From positions 4,168,644 through 4,232,643 of the forward strand of contig NC_068999.1 in NCBI RefSeq assembly GCF_001194135.2: a stretch of DNA of 64,000 nucleotides, given 5' to 3'. Positions 22,763-35,852 of this stretch are shown here, piece by piece (the first letter of the stretch is position 1; the number at the start of each line of letters is the position of its first letter). Below the pieces are notes generated by a model, which saw only the letters and a program-made list of their open reading frames with translations, did not search any database and had not been told where the DNA came from. The stretch comes from Octopus bimaculoides. Lineage: Eukaryota. The translations under genes were made by a program, and so were the position numbers.

Positions 22763-24382
22763 AATACCACCACTTGCCAACTAATAAGGGAGTCACAATG
22801 TGGTCTGCAAGCAAAAGTAGCTAAATTTCCCTTAAATGACACCCCCATTATCTTAAAAAAAAAAAGAAAGGATACACTGGATGTTGTAGTCCTCAATACA
22901 CTATACCTCTTTCGAAAGCAAAGATACACCCATCATAACTGAAATGTATGATTGTAGGCCTGCTTAATCAGGGTTGACCTAGGGTTCAACAACAACAACA
23001 GGATTTGATGTGGGGAATGTGAAGGGGATGAAACGAAATATTTTAAGGGACAAGGACTACAAATTTTGAAGGAGGTTGAGTGTGTATGATTAAATTGACC
23101 CCTTTCCTTTCCCCAGCACATGACTGGTATTCTTTTGACCCTTTTTTAATAAGTTTTTCCATACTTGTTTCCAGAGTTTTAATTAAATTAACCCTTGTTT
23201 CATTCATTCTGGGTGATATAAAGCTTTCCTTTCATAAGGGCCAAGTTACTCTGGTGGTTGCAAAGAACCCCTAAAAAAAACTGGTAATGTGTATCATGTG
23301 ATATGGGATAAGAAAAAGGGTCAAAGAACTTGCAGATAAACACAGGAACAGGGTTCCTTGGTCCCTACACTTCACCCCCTTCGACCCATATACTCCTGCC
23401 TCTATTCTAGGCCCTGTTCCCTTCCAACTCCTCAAGGTTGACAAGAAAGGGATCAAAGGAGCATAAAAAGGATCAGCTTGTTTAATTTTAGGTCATTTAT
23501 AATTGAACATATGGTGTGATTAAAGGCGTTCCGGCCATGACCATCACTCCATCAATTGCCTTTTTTCTTTGTCCAGGCATTGTGTATCTTGGACTATATT
23601 AGCCCACATGTCCTTCCTTTTCTTAAGACAGTGGTGTGTGATTTTAAAGTGATTTAGCTGCTCTTTCTACAAGGTCAAGCAACAATGGACAGGGTTCTTC
23701 ACTGCCCCCCCCCCCATCACCACCCCTTCCCCACTGATTAATAAAGCATTGGTGGGGACGGAGGTGGTGGTGAAAGAGTGGGAGGAAGCGGTAGACAGAC
23801 AAAACCAGGGGCCAGCACCGTCTCCACTCGCCCTTCCTACTGTTTATATAGCTGTGAAAAGGGAGGGCGGACAAGTTGAAGAGAGAGAGGGGGTGGGGTG
23901 AGAGGAGGGAGAGGGATGGTGGGAGGGGAAAGAGAGGGAGTTATGGATATATGAAACATAAACACGATATTGTTTAACTATAACAGTGGAGGTCTTAAGG
24001 ACACACAGACAGACAGGGCGAGGAGAGAGAGAGAGAGAAAGAACAAAGAGGCTAGACTATATGTGCCACACACACACAGACACACACATATGTGCATGTG
24101 TTTTATGTATGTGTCTGTATGGTAAATACACACACTGCTTAAATACTGCAGGACGTGAGAGAGAGAGAGAGAAAAAATGGTTACGTGACAAAGAGAATGA
24201 ATGGTTAAGAATAAAATATGAAATTATACACACACACAGACATGTATAGGTGTGTGTGTGTGTGTGTAAATATCATAACAAGACACTGTTTAAATAAAGC
24301 AAGAAGATAAACACGAGAGGGAAAAAGTAGCTTGTGTGTGTGTGTGTGAGTGTTGTATGTATGTGTGGTGGTGTGTGTGTGT

Positions 24383-24484
24383 GTGTTACTGGTTAGATGT
24401 AAAGAAAGAGCAGGTACCCCTGGTGTTGGAGGGTTGGCAGAAGCCAGGGGTACCTGCTCTTTTTTTACTCCTAACCAGTGACAT
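24383..24484. other. 102-nt hairpin: 42-bp ungapped stem, 18-nt loop
   Basis: 24383-24424 pairs with 24443-24484 with 2 mismatches and 4 G-T pairs on the plus strand. Confidence 0.9.
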
Positions 24485-24789
24485 CGGAGCTGCTTATTTT
24501 CCACAAGAAAGGAAGTTGACAGCTGCAGGAATTTCCAGAGGGACAACATTCTTGTGAGGAAGGACTGGGCATAGGTATTAGTGCAAGGTTGGAGGAGGGG
24601 GAGGACAGGCATAATGCAGACGAGATTGGTGGTGGGGAGGTGGAGAAAAAGCCACTGTAGTAGTGGTAGGAAAAGGCCGAGAGAGGAGACACAGCATGTT
24701 GGTGGACAGGAGATGGGTTTGGGGGTGGGTGCTAGTGAATGACTTTATACTAAGAAATGGAGTCGTCTTTCTTAAGGTATGTTCTAAAA

Positions 24790-24821
<32 letters not shown>

Positions 24822-25287
24822 CAACAGCACTGTCCTAGATGTAGGATTATCATCATTCCATCGTGGGTCTCACCTGCGTTGGGTGGGGTAAAATATTTTC
24901 TATTTTCGAAGAGGACGACCAGTCTTTGTAGTGCTGACCTTGCTATGTTGAAGACGCGTGCGTTTGTCAGACACAGACACACATATATATATATCTATAC
25001 ATATATACGACGGGCTTCTTTCAGTTTCTGCCTATCAAATCCACTCACAAGGCTTTGGTTAGCCCAAGGCTATAGTAGAAGACACTTGCCCAAGGTGCTA
25101 CGCAGTGGGACTGAACCCGGAGCCATGTGGTTGGTAAGCAAGCTACTCACCACACAGCCACTTCCTATTTGTTATGATAATTATTGTGATGTCATCAGCA
25201 ATAATACTTTTGGTTGTTCATTCATTCTGTCTGTAGTTAAGTGATTATGATGACTCTCCCTCTCTCACCATATATATATATATACAC

Positions 25288-25320
<33 letters not shown>

Positions 25321-25689
25321 CAGGCATACAGACGCAGATGTATGTATATAGCCTTAAACAAGTGGTGAACAATGAGTGTTGTTGGTTCCACATTCCCAGT
25401 GAGCCAGTCACACTCTGTACACCAAAACAAACATTGTGTGAAGCCTTTGTATTCCAGAAAGACAGATTTTCCGGTTTCAAAGGTTTTTTTTCCATGTTTT
25501 TCCCCATGTTTACATCATTTGTCAATATACACCAACAAAAGACACACACACACACACAATAAATATATATATATACATATATATATATATACACACACAC
25601 ACACACTTTATATATATGTATGTATATATACACACACACACACACACACTATATATATATATATATACACATATCTTTGTGTATGTATG

Positions 25690-25723
<34 letters not shown>

Positions 25724-26619
25724 TTCTCTCTCCTTCCTTTCCCGAGCGTCCAATAACACTACCCGTATCACGTCCTCACTTTGTTGTTTTTTTGTTATTG
25801 TTTTTTGTGTTTTTTTGAACCTATATATATATTCATACATACACACACATATCTTTGTGGGTTTTTTCATCGTAATTTAACGTCCATTTCTCCATTCAGA
25901 GGCAGATCTTCTACAGCCGGATGCTGTTCCTGTCACTGACCCTCATCTTTTCCAACCCCAAAGTAATATTTTCTCACGGCCAGACATCTTTTCACAGAAT
26001 ATCAGAAATGAATGACACCACTTGTACAACGGTGGCACTCATTTACAACTATCATACGATGTCAAGATAAAGAAGCACAAACACACACACAATGGGATTC
26101 TTTCAGTTTCCATCGACCAAATCCACTTATAAGGCTCAGGGCTATAGTTGAAGATACTTGCTCAAAGTACCGATTGGACTCAATACCACATGGTTTGGGG
26201 AGTGAACATTTTTATCATGCGGCCATGACTCCCCTCTCCCTGCTGTGTGTGTGTCAGAGGAAAAATCAGCAAAAACAGACAAAGAAGAAATGGTAAATTT
26301 CAAACCTAAAGATATTAAGAGTCACAGAAAGGATGAAAAGTTGGTAAAGTGCATTGCTGGATGGGGAAACAGATGAGGGTGGGGGTGATGATGATGTCTG
26401 ACAATGGTTTGTGTAAAATAAAAGCAATGAAATAAGCCGCAACAGGTTTTGGCATTTGCATATGGCGCTCGGCTGCGCAAGACAGAGATGAGGAATGTCT
26501 GTAGGACTTGTTTTTACAAAGCAGGTTTACTGCCCCAACAGAAACCAGTCGACCTTGAAGGGGAAAACACAACCAGCTGGTCATGGCTGGTTGATTGAAT
26601 TAATGGAAACAATACTCAC

Positions 26620-26685
26620 CTTCACCATCATCCATTTCCACATGGTAATTAAACACTTTAGTGCCTCCTGTATCCTTGGGGGGAT
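26620..26685 (-). CDS. FNDC3: FNDC3 exon, FN3-4 (DPPKDTGGTKVFNYHVEMDDGE)
   Basis: ttccctacag acceptor, GTGAGT donor, 66 nt, phase 1 to 1. Confidence 0.95.
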
Positions 26686-26964
26686 CTGTAGGGAAGGTCA
26701 TCAAGAGGAGAGCTTTTAATATACAGCCAGGATAACATCAAACAAACTAAACAATTTAACGATTACAGGTTTTAAACAATTCAAAGTTTAGAACACATAT
26801 GGTGTGTGTATAGATAGATAGGTAGATAACTAGAAAGATAAGTAGATAGACAGACAGACTGACAGATAGATAGATAAATAGATAGATACTGTGTGTAGAT
26901 ATTGAGTGAATAGACACAATATGTAGATGAAGACATTGTATGTGAGTGTGTGTGCGTACATAAA

Positions 26965-27320
26965 TTCTTTTGTTTCAGTCATCTCACTGCAGCCATGCTG
27001 GAGCACAACCTTTAATCGAGCATATCGACCCCAGGACTTATTCTTGTAAGCCTAGTACTTATTCTATTGGTCTCTTTTGCTGAGACCAATAGAATAGACC
27101 AATAGCCAATTTGCCGAGTTATGGGGACATAAACACACCAACATTGATTGCCAAGCGATGGTGGGGAGACACACACACACACGTGTATACGACGGGCTTC
27201 TTTCAGTTTCCGTCCACCAAATCCACTCACAAGGCTTCGGTCGGACCAAAGCTATAGTAGAAGACACTTACCCAAGGTGCCATGCAATGGAACTGAACCC
27301 GGAACCATGTGGTTGGTAAC
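26965..27320 (-). mobile_element. SINE family A copy
   Basis: Homologous to 3095-3474, with a small internal duplication around 27085-27105. Confidence 0.88.
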
Positions 27321-27626
27321 CAATATATATATATATATATAGACTGTGTAGTGGACAGACAAAGTGTGTAGGTGAAGACACTGTGTGTGTGTGTGTGTGT
27401 GTGTGTATCATCATCATCATTTAACATCCGCTTTCCATGCTAGCATGGGTTGGACGATTTGACTGAGGACTGGTGAAACCAGATGGCTGCACCAGGCTCC
27501 AATCTGATTTGGCAGAATTTCTACAGCTGGATGCTCTTCCTAACGCCAACCACTCTGAGAGTGTAGTGGGTACTTTTACGTGCCACTGGCACGAAGGCCA
27601 GTCAGGCAATGGCCACGCTCAAAATG

Positions 27627-27669
<43 letters not shown>

Positions 27670-27825
27670 TATAGATAGATACTGTGTGTAGATGAAGAAA
27701 TTGTATATGTGTGTGTGTGTGTGTGTGTATATATATAGATAGATACTGTGTGTAGATGTTGAGATAAACACTGTGTGCAGATGCAAGTGACCAAAGGTCA
27801 GTAAGGACCAAAACGACGTACTCAC

Positions 27826-27964
27826 CCCATGTCACTTTGAAGTGATGTGCATGGATTTTGCCCTTCACCTGAACTTTACTTGGTATACCTGGGGGTCCTG
27901 GAAGGGTCTGGTAGGTGACTATTTCACTCCATTTGCTAGGACCCTCCTCATTTTTGGCTGATAA
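27826..27964 (-). CDS. FNDC3: FNDC3 exon, FN3-3/4 (LSAKNEEGPSKWSEIVTYQTLPGPPGIPSKVQVKGKIHAHHFKVTW)
   Basis: ctaattttag acceptor, GTGAGT donor, 139 nt, phase 0 to 1. Confidence 0.95.
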
Positions 27965-28530
27965 CTAAAATTAGGTACAAATCAAACAACATTTGCAGGT
28001 GATTAACAGGGAAAGTTAATTAAATGTGGTGAACATAAAACATAGTCATACTTAAAACAATTTTACAAAAAAATAAGTATAAATATTAGAAAATAAAACA
28101 AAAAAAAACACATTTGATGTGATGGAATGGCAAATCTCCTTCTGACTTGTGACAACATTGTTGTTTTAATATCACAGTAATACCTCACCATATCACGGTT
28201 CACTTAGCACACATTCAGTATATCACGGTTCACCTATCGCACCCTCTGGCTGAATTATGTAAATTTATATTGCAAATTTCTCAATACAGTCATGGGTAGA
28301 TGGTGTCCAAGGGTCATACTGAAGACAATCCATCTCGGAGAAGGAAATTTTTGAGATAAAAACCATTCAATGAAGATTTGCAACCAGCTGATAGTATTTT
28401 GCACAGACAAAAATTATAACAATATAGCTATGGTGATGATATCACTGATATTAATATTGTTTGTCATGATGGTGGATAATGAAAGTGGCAATGATGATGA
28501 GGAAATGCGTGCAGATTTATTTCTATTTAC

Positions 28531-28617
28531 CCTGAATCTGTAGTCAGTGTTCCGTTGTAAATTTGGCACTTTATAGCTACAGTTTGGACCATTGTAGACT
28601 ACAAGGAAACCGTGTCC
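28531..28617 (-). CDS. FNDC3: FNDC3 exon, FN3-3 (GHGFLVVYNGPNCSYKVPNLQRNTDYRFR)
   Basis: cttttacag acceptor, GTAAAT donor, 87 nt, phase 0 to 0. Confidence 0.95.
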
Positions 28618-29474
28618 CTGTAAAAGAAAGAAGACAGTGAATGGTGTTATTTGAATTTGAACCTCACTGTGAACTGTAAACAAAGTGGTTACATCAAAAG
28701 TTTTATCTCTCCGTGGACAGAAAAAAAAAAGCAATACCAATCTGATGTTACTAACCTTCATCAGAGAAACAGAAAGATTTATCATTGCTATTTACAGTAG
28801 ATACAAACCAGGACACAACTAAACTGATTTGTCTTATTTACACAATCAAGAAATAAAACTACTCTGTTTACTTTCCACTGAGAGGTTGTACTTGTATGTT
28901 TATCAAAACAAATTTATCTGACATTTCAAACCACCCCAAAAACAATGTGTTGTGCATTATTAGTAAATTAATTAATCTTGAATGTGATCATATCATCTGA
29001 TGAAGGGGATACGTTATGATCATATATCACATGACTGGAGGATCTTATATTGTTGATCCTCACATCATAACGATTAATGACGTATGTGGTAATAATATCA
29101 TTATGAGGAGTCATTACATTATGTCATTCTGATGTATTTGTTACATCACATACAGTGTTTATACCATGTAGGGTGTGTTATGATATTATTACGATGCTGT
29201 TACATCACAGGTAATGTTATATAACGACATATGAGTTGTAAGTTTGTGTCTGATCCCATTAATGTTCCAATGTAATTTAACATCGAAACACAGAGGGACC
29301 AACGACGGTACACATGCAAAGAAAAAAAAAAGCTTTCAGACAATAGCCATCATAGAAGACAGAACCAGTGTAGCAAAGATTATGGGGCAATCATTCTGAA
29401 CGATAAAACCAAAACCCCTCCCCTACCACACACACACAAAAGCAGTCAAGGAATCTCAGCAAAGTTTTACTTAC

Positions 29475-29634
29475 AGTTGTCTCATCTTCCATTTGTAAAG
29501 TAAAAGTCTCGTCACTTTGTCGTTTCACCCAGGAGAGGTTTAAGGAATTAATCTGACTTGTGGTGATTGTAGGGGGATCAGGTTGAGGTGGAACAGTCCC
29601 ACTTGTGCAATAACTTGTCAGTTCACTAAAAAGG
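29475..29634 (-). CDS. FNDC3: FNDC3 exon, FN3-2/3 (SLFSELTSYCTSGTVPPQPDPP...FTLQMEDETT)
   Basis: ctgttttcag acceptor, GTAAGT donor, 160 nt, phase 2 to 0. Confidence 0.95.
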
Positions 29635-29790
29635 CTGAAAACAGAGAGAAAGAGAGACAATGTTAACAGGAATTATGCTTCTACCATAGTCTTCAGTATG
29701 GGGTTGATGTAATCGACTAGTCCCCTCCTCCAAAATTTCAGGCCTTTTGCCTATAGTAGAAAGGATTATTATTATTATTATTATTATTAT

Positions 29791-30013
29791 CATTTTCTCT
29801 TTATCAAAGGTTTGGTTGGAGCTCCTGGAGTCTTGCATGCGTATCAGGCTTATTACCTTCAGCCTACGGTACCATGCTATTCGTTCTTTTACAGCTCTCT
29901 AATACTTTCCTGATTATTCTGGTTGTGCCAAGGAGGAAAACCTTTTGCAACAGTTCTACTAGGAACCCCATTCCAATTTCCTTTATATTCCCCTTGATGC
30001 CTTCTGATACTGA
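29791..30013 (-). mobile_element. 5'-truncated R4/Dong-like copy
   Basis: EGIKGNIKEIGMGFLVELLQKVFLLGTTRIIRKVLES plus 3'UTR homologous to 56942-57160; ends at (TAA)n 29765-29790. Confidence 0.8.
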
Positions 30014-30082
30014 TATCAACTCTCTCCCTCCCCTAAAATTTTCAGCCCTTGTGCCTACAGTAGAAAGAATCATCACACCAAC

Positions 30083-30207
30083 CTTTTGCCAATGCTATTA
30101 ATAGCAGCTAACCGGAAAGTATACTTGGTGCCAGCCTGTAAATAGTTAATACGATGCTGTTTCACTAAACCACTGTACACTTCATAGAATTCTCCATTGT
30201 TTAAGCC
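30083..30207 (-). CDS. FNDC3: FNDC3 exon, FN3-2 (GLNNGEFYEVYSGLVKQHRINYLQAGTKYTFRLAAINSIGK)
   Basis: cttttccag acceptor, GTTGGT donor, 125 nt, phase 0 to 2. Confidence 0.95.
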
Positions 30208-31974
30208 CTGGAAAAGATAAGAAAACATGGTAGACATTAAGCACCAATGAACTGGTGGTTGGGGGGGGGGGGTCATTCAGCAAAAATGGAGGAAAACGAG
30301 AGGGAAAAAATAAATTTACTTTGGTTAATTACAGCCAAGTTAACAAGTGCAGTAACCTGATAAAACCTCATTGAAATATAAGATGTAGATTGACTTATTA
30401 CAAGTGAGCATGGAACTGAGAGGCTTTGCTTGTAAACCTTGTGACTTCCTTTCCCTCCTCTTCTATTTTCTCCTCTACACCGATTTTCTAAACATTCCAT
30501 TGGTATTTTCACAAAAGAAGGAAGCTGCGACAAGATGTTAACCCCTACTGTTTTATCTGGTACAATACCAGGGTTTGATCTTTATGGAAATACATCAAAC
30601 TAAATGTCGACTAATTCACAACCGTATTAACTGGTTCTGAGACAGAGAAGAAGAATCTAGAGCAAAGAAGACAAAACACACACACACACACACAGAATGG
30701 CAGGCAATCTTCCAATCAAACCAAAGAGATGTTTCCAAGAGTGACATCCTTGACAGGAATCTATCTGGTACTTTTTCCTTTTGTGGTGAGGGGGGGGGGG
30801 AAGTCAATTACATCAGCCCCAGTATTCAACTGGTACTTACTTTATCAACCCTGAAAGGATGAAAGGCAAAGTTCAACTCAGAACATCAAGACACAAAATG
30901 TTACTAAGTATTTCGCCTGGCATGCTAACGGTTGCTCTGATGGCCGTGTCAGCTTGCCACCTTACAGCAAACTAAAATATTAAACCACAAACATTGACGG
31001 ATTACTACAAGAGCCATCATTTGCTCTTTTCTATAATCCACCCTTAAACATTGTCCACCCCTAATTATTGCTTCTCTTCCTCCTAGTCCACCTCTAATCA
31101 TTAATTCCTATCTCAAAGAATGACAAAAGCAATTTGGCAGAAACATTCAGTACTGCAAAATATTTTATAAATTGCAAAACAGGTTTGGAACCGCACCCGT
31201 TTCTGTAACCAGAATCTCTTTAAATACAGAAGTAAATAACAAGAAACACCGAGTTCTTCCTCTTGTCTGTAATCAGCAGACATTATTCCACTCCTTTTTA
31301 AATACCAAAACATTTTATTTTAATTTAATTATAAAGATAAACTGAAGATTAATCAAAACCCTGAAATATTAATTGAAGGAATTGGTAAATGTGGATGGTA
31401 GAGGGTTAGACAATTTAGCAGAAATAACACACTCGGCTCACCCCAGCAACCAATTATCCCCCGGGGTCATTTACTCAACTATCTGAGAAAGAGAAAAAGA
31501 AAAAATGGTAATATTCTACATTTGGCTGGAGGATATAATGTTGCTCTAAAAGAGAATATTAAAAGAGGCCTTATCAGATAAAAACCTGCTGAAGCTGATA
31601 TAATATGAGTTTACTGCTTTTTAAAACAGTCGACCACACAACAAGACATGAAGGAGATTCTTCAGAGTCACTTCAAGATGGTGTAGAAAAAAAAAGAAAT
31701 AAGAAAAAACGATTCTCGTAGAATCAAAGACAAAAACTATTTTGCAGTCTTCAAAATCTAAAACATAATTTTTCATTCTCAAACATTCTCCACTGCCACC
31801 ACCCTGCGATAGATGTGTGATGAGTGAGTAGTTCCACTAACAAAAAAGATTGAAGAATTCTACATTTATTTCGTTTCCTACGTTTTCTCAAAGACGAATG
31901 GGAGCAGCTGAACAACAACAACTACAACTAAAATGAATTGAATCAAACAGATTTTTATTTTTCTGTTTTATCTT

Positions 31975-32174
31975 CCACTCATCAAACTGTGGCCATGCTG
32001 GAGCACCCCCTAGACGAATTTTAGTCAAACACATCAACCCTGGTGCTTGGTCTAATTTATTTTTAAGTCCAGTGCTTATTCTATTAGTCTCTTGCTGAGC
32101 CACTAAGTTACAGGGATATAAACATACCAACACCAGTTATCAAGTGGTGACGGTGGACAAACACAGACAGAAAG

Positions 32175-32209
<35 letters not shown>

Positions 32210-32368
32210 CAACAAGCTTCTTTCAGTTTCTGTCTACCAAATCCACTCACAAGGCTTTGGTCGGCCTGAGGCTATAGTAGAAGACACTTACCCAAGGTGC
32301 CATGCTGTGGGACTGAACCCGGGACCATGTGGTTGGTAAACAGGCTACTTACCACACAGCCACTCCTA
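31975..32368 (-). mobile_element. SINE family A copy
   Basis: Full head-microsatellite-tail structure homologous to 3095-3474. Confidence 0.88.
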
Positions 32369-32993
32369 CGCCTAAATATAGTCATCATTATTTATCGTCT
32401 CCATTCCATGCTGACATAGGTTAGACAATTTGACAGGAATTGGCAAGCCTGGCAGTTGCACCAGGTTCTAATGTCTGCTTTGACAAGGTTTCTACAGTTG
32501 GATGCCCTTACAGAGTGTACAGGGTGCTTTTTATGTGGCACCAGATTACATGCATGTATGTGGATGGTGTCCAGTGTGCTAGAAGATCACTGGGAGTGAG
32601 GCACCCCTCAGCTTCTGTTGAAGCATGTCTCTTGGAGAAGGTCACTCTGATATAAAACCAGATATGCAGGGAATGGCATTGGACATTTTGGGGATCTTTT
32701 GGTTTGTGATAGCGATCATGGCGCTCCCACATCCCCGAGCCTGTGGCTCATATTGGCACCAGACATCTTGCTCTGGATAATGTCAGTAGAGTGGAGAGGG
32801 TCTATGAGGTGTCATGCAAGCCTTATTGGACCTAAAACTCTGCACAGGCATTGCTGACCTCTGACCATCACATACACAGGTATGTATATGTATTAAATGT
32901 GTGAGTGTACAGGTGTGTGTGTGTGTACTAATATAAGTATATGTTCATAAGTGTGCGTGTTTCTGTATTATACAAACAAGAAGAACGACCTAC

Positions 32994-33047
32994 CTTATCA
33001 TATTCTAATGAATATGTTGATATTTTTGAACCATTTTCACAGGCAGC
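32994..33047 (-). CDS. FNDC3: FNDC3 exon, FN3-2 (AACENGSKISTYSLEYDK)
   Basis: tctcttttcag acceptor, GTAGGT donor, 54 nt, phase 0 to 0; matches FNDC3 DNGSKI..F.LEWD motif. Confidence 0.93.
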
Positions 33048-35076
33048 CTGAAAAGAGAGAAGAAAACCGCAGTTTTATTCATCTGAATATATTTCCATCT
33101 TTTTCTCTCAACAACAATAATGGTTTATCATACCACCACCACCACTGCCGCCACAACAACCATCATCATCATCATCATCACTATCATCATCATCAAAGTG
33201 GTGTACAGTGGTGGTGGGGGAGACCAGGTCATGTAAGTGCTGTATGGTGGTGTTGGTGGTCATGTATGGTTCTTAGCAGTGGTGATATTTATGGAATCAC
33301 GAGGGTTGTGGTGGAGGCAGGAGTGGTATGATGTTATGCAGTATTGGTGATGGTGGTGGTGGTAGCGATAGTAGTAGTAGTAGAGGTAGTGAAGAGTTAT
33401 TTAAGGCATAACCACCCCCTCCTTGTAACACCCACCCACCCAGCTGCAGTTCACTAATTAACAGCAGGTGTAGGTGAAGCTTGCATCAAGATGGAGACAG
33501 AGAGAGGGAGTGGATTGAACCTGCTACCTTGGCCACTGAACAAGCAGCAAAGAGAAAACAATCTCTCCACCACCACTGCCCTCCTCCTCCTCAACACTTA
33601 ATCAACTATAAATGAGCCATTATCTTTATCACAAGATACCGGTAATATGTTGGGGAGTAGATATCAAAAGTGATCAGCTCTCTTACCAAAATAGGTCCCT
33701 CTAGCTACACAAGAACTTACTATCATCATCATCATCGTCTTTGTTGTTGTTATTGTGTCAGGCTGGCAGAATCATTAACAGAGTCAGAAAAAAAAATTCT
33801 TTGCATTATTTGTTGCAGCTCATTACATTCCAAGATCAAATCTTGTCAAGGTCACTCAAGCATTCCTGTCTCGCTTCTGTCTCTTCAACTCTCAACACCA
33901 GTGTCCTGGGGCCGTCCTGGGCCCTGTTTCTGGCCCCAGGACACTGGTGCTCAGAAATCCCATTTCTATTGTGTCCATATGACTTGGCACTATTTCAAAG
34001 GGGGCATTAGAATAAATTGACCTTACTAATCTGAAAGTGACGGATGGCTATGGGCTCAGGCCAAAGGAATAAACAAAAAAAAAATACAACTTCCACTAAA
34101 ATGACGACGACGATGATGATACAGTTCTAAATATTGATTGGAAGCTATGGAGGTCATTACCAATGCCCAAGAACAATATGGCCACATTAATAGAAATCTG
34201 TGGATGTCCACAGCAAAAGAAAAACAAGGGAAACATTGTGGAGCCAGAATTTTTTTCTGTCTTTTAGTCAGGAATGGGGGAGGCGGGGGTTAAAGCTTTT
34301 GGCTTACCAGACTCCGGTCGAACCGTTCAATCCATGCCAGCATGGAAAACGGACATTAAACGATGATGATGATGAGTTATCTACCCATCCATCCATCTCA
34401 TACAATGTAAGCAGGGTAGTAACATAGCATGGAAGAAATGGGGGAAAATGTCATGGACAGTTGTTGAAATGTTCTTGGAGTGTCACAGAGGAAAAGCAGG
34501 AGGACATAGAAGAATAGTAAATTACTCTGCTGGCAGCATAAACATATGGAGATGATGATGATGATGTATGTATGTACATGTGTATTAAGTAAAATTTTTT
34601 TGGAATGTTACAACTCAGGAATTCTAAACAGCACCAATTCCTTATCATATTGCAGGAGGTAAAAATATTTTCCACATTTTAGAAACAGATGAAGCATTGA
34701 TTAAAACAGATATAACATACTTCATAAACAACAACAATAATAATAATAGTAAACAAAGGAAAATATGTTATAAAAATCGTTGGAGTAGTTCTTTAATTGA
34801 AGTTATAAAAAACTTGAAATTCCCAAAAGAAGGCCCTGTGTGGCTTGGAATAAGAAAACAGGTGCTCAAAGAACATAAACAGAAAGCTATTTTGGAAATC
34901 TCATTTGTCCCTTGGAGAACAATTTCGAAAAAAGGCAGTTGTTATAATATTTATTTCGGGGGGGAAAAGGAAACCAACGTTGCTGGAGTGTTATACACAC
35001 ACACACATACACACACGCTTATGATGGTGCTGTGTGTGTGTGTGTTATTAAGAAAAGAGAATTCTTTCCTACTTAC

Positions 35077-35215
35077 ATTCCACTTTAATAATAAACTGTT
35101 TTTAGTTTTGTTGGCTAATTTTGGATGTTGCGGCTGGTCTGGTACACAACATAAAGTTTTAAAGATGACCGGTTCAGTCATGCTCCCCTTTAGTTCTTCA
35201 AATCGGGAACAAGCT
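35077..35215 (-). CDS. FNDC3: FNDC3 exon, FN3-1/2 (ACSRFEELKGSMTEPVIFKTLCCVPDQPQHPKLANKTKNSLLLKWN)
   Basis: ttcttctttcag acceptor, GTAAGT donor, 139 nt, phase 2 to 0. Confidence 0.95.
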
Positions 35216-35318
35216 CTGAAAGAAGAAGAAGAAAATTAATGGTAAATGCAATTCATGAGAACTTCCACTTTTAAATGTGGAAGCAATGGAAGATAAATGG
35301 TGTGGGAATGAAAACACT

Positions 35319-35503
35319 GTTGGTTTGCTTGTGACATTGTGGGTGTGAATATGTTCTTTATGATATTACTGTCTTAATTGTGATGTTGTTTATGACATTG
35401 CTCGTGTAGTTGTGGTGTTGTTTGTGATATTATTATCTTAGTTGTGACATTATGATACAGTTGTGATGTTGTTTGTGACATTGTTGGTGTGGTTGTGATG
35501 TGG
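35319..35503. repeat. Degenerate minisatellite (TTGTGATGTTGTTTGTGACATT-like units)
   Basis: Repeated GTGA(C/T)(A/G)TT motifs with roughly 30-bp periodicity. Confidence 0.7.
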
Positions 35504-35586
35504 TTCCTTCACTGCTCATAAGTATTTCACTGTCTGCTTCCATGATTTACTTTTGAGATTTAACAATAACAACAAAATTAATTAAT

Positions 35587-35852
35587 ACAGTTCTGTATTT
35601 AAGAGATGAAGAATTATTTACATTATTTACATTTGACGGATATTTGTCCTCATCTTGTTTGTTGTTAACACAACGTTTTGGCTGATATACCCTCCAGCCT
35701 TCGTCAGGTGTCTTGGGGAAATTTCGAACCTGGATTCTCATTCCTAAGGTATTTTTCGATATTATTATTATTATTATTATTCAGGTCACTGCTTGGAATC
35801 AAACTCGGAATCTTGGGGTTAGTAGCCCGCACTCTTAACCACTAAACCATAT
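35587..35852 (-). mobile_element. Second family D tRNA-headed SINE with hammerhead motif and Penelope-repeat tail
   Basis: Same head, spacer, core and tail as 12924-13167; followed at 35857-35885 by an inverted tail fragment. Confidence 0.85.
35667..35712 (-). ncRNA. Minimal type I hammerhead motif with G12-to-A core mutation
   Basis: GACAC-CTGACGA-a-GGCTG-gagggtatat-CAGCC-aAAAC-GT-T-GTGTT; stem I intact, conserved G of GAAA mutated. Confidence 0.65.

Noticed and set aside
34697-35239. 180-aa plus-strand ORF
   Set aside because: Antisense overlap of a real FNDC3 exon plus microsatellites; no homology recognised.
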